A stretch of DNA of 48,659 nt from Pseudovirgaria hyperparasitica (Eukaryota). Every line of letters starts with the position of its first letter. Within the stretch, counting starts at the first letter, position 1. Shown here one piece after another: positions 47,113 through 48,659 of the stretch. The notes under the pieces are model-generated. The model was not told the origin of the DNA. It saw only the letters and a program-made list of their open reading frames with translations, and searched no databases. The DNA is taken from assembly GCA_010093815.1 (NCBI GenBank), contig ML996582.1, one strand, 5' to 3'. Made by a program: the position numbers and the translations under genes.

Positions 47113-48544
47113 GTCATCTTCCATCACCAGCATGCTTGGTACAACACTGCGTCATGAGCAATATATGCACGCACGTCTTGCCAGCTAGCCAGCCGCATCA
47201 ATCCTACACTGGATGCTCGCGGCGACCCCTAGGCCGTCAAGTATCTAGCAGCAGCAAGTATATGTATCACACAGTTCATAGCCCTGGTCACATTCATACC
47301 TAGCCATAGCCATACCCAGCCATCGCAATAGTGCATACAAGCCAGGGCCCATGGGAATTTCAAAGATTTCGATTGCACAGGGGATAGATTACGCGAAGGA
47401 GGCGGAGGAGGCGGACGGTGGAGCCAATCGTCGCTCGTCATCTCCCAATCTTGCGTTTTGCACTTCTGCGTTCTGCGTCATACCCGTATGCAGGGTCTTG
47501 CAGGGGGGTGTGTGTTAGTGTGTATACCTAGGAGGTGTGTGTGTGTGTGTGGATGCATCCTATATCTCCCTCTCAGGCACCTACTTCATCACTCCGCAGA
47601 GCTAATTAGTTATTGAAGCACTAATTGATTATCCCGTCAATCTATCTCTCAATGAACATCATGGCGCTGCCCGGTCCGTCATGAATTATACACACACACA
47701 CAGTCCACACAGCAATACAGCAAAACAAAAACAAACCTCCCCATACGCGCCCGGACCATCTTCCCTACGTCATGGATGCAAGCGACCTTTTTGTCCGTGC
47801 CGTCTCCATGAGGTCAGTCTCAGTCTCAGTCAGTCAGGCAGTGATTACTAAGTAGGTAGTGGATCGTTACCCATCTACGTATTTGCGCGGTCATTCTACT
47901 TGTCTAGGCAGTTATCTGCCTGCTCCGTGCAAAAGTTCTACCGTCTACGTATCTTGCGTATATACAAACATACATCATAATCCCCATAATAACAAACCCA
48001 CGCACGCACGTCCACATGGCAAATGACAAGCACGCACATGGTGGTATATAGTCAGAGCACGCAGAGCTCCAGTCATAGTCATACACCCGTCCGTCATCTC
48101 ATCGCATCTACACTATGCTATGCGTTCATGCCCCCCATATTTAAACGATATTCCCCGTCTTCCCCTACTTACTTTATTCCCCGTATACGCCATTCCCCAC
48201 CCTATGACGCTGTTCTACCAGGCATGACGTTCTAACCAGCGCCCCCCTTCCCCCCGCCCGATCAGGAAACTTTGATGAAGACAGATAGATAGATAGCAAA
48301 GGGCGTATCTATACATTCATCAGGACCAAAGCACAACACTGCCGCACGCGACATCCACCCTCTCCTTACACATAATAGTTCCAAGTTCGGTCAAGCCAAA
48401 GCAACGCACAGCAAAGTAGAGTAAAACAAAGTCCAGCTGGGATTCTTCTTGTATGTCATTTGCTGTCTATCTACACGACTAGCACTGCGCGCGAAATATG
48501 AGTCAGTCAGTCGCGCTTTACTACTGCGACTGGCCCAACAGGCC

Positions 48545-48659
48545 CATCCATACATCCATCCATCCATACATCCATACATACATCCATACATACATCCATA
48601 CATACATCCATACATACATCCATACATACATCCATACATACATCCATACATACATCCAT
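48545..48659. repeat. Tandem repeat of CATA/CATC tetramers organised as a 12-mer (CATCCATACATA)n, running off the window edge
   Basis: Read directly; it explains the artefactual MYGC-repeat ORF. Confidence 0.95.

Noticed and set aside
48391..48659. MYGC-repeat ORF, possible telomere or CRISPR-like array
   Set aside because: Simple CATA/CATC tandem repeat with no spacers and no TTAGGG.

Overview
This is eukaryotic DNA from a filamentous ascomycete (Pezizomycotina; Dothideomycete-like is my inference). Most introns are 48-65 nt GT-AG with CTRAC/CTAAC-type branch points. I can support about 16 protein-coding genes. The conserved ones are Shp1/p47 (5'-truncated), a DUF3405 protein, KGD1, a DUF3429 protein, a TrhO/TSTD2-type rhodanese, a UBE3C/Hul5-like HECT ligase, a CM1 (centrosomin motif 1) protein, Dsc2, Tlg1, a Methyltransf_32 protein, a WW-domain protein and a small spliced gene. 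The accessory-looking ones are a protein built from two Swc3-like helical repeats, an 'MGTRG...DSYP' family protein with a C-terminal F-box-like motif, an orphan membrane protein, and a ~1508-aa secreted subtilase with Kex2-type sites and two C-terminal Cys-rich modules. I found no tRNA, rRNA, CRISPR array or recognisable transposon. The most notable non-gene signal is a recurring C/A-rich to G/T-rich strand-skew switch that cuts across genes and intergenic DNA. Family assignments come from motif recognition only; no searches were run.
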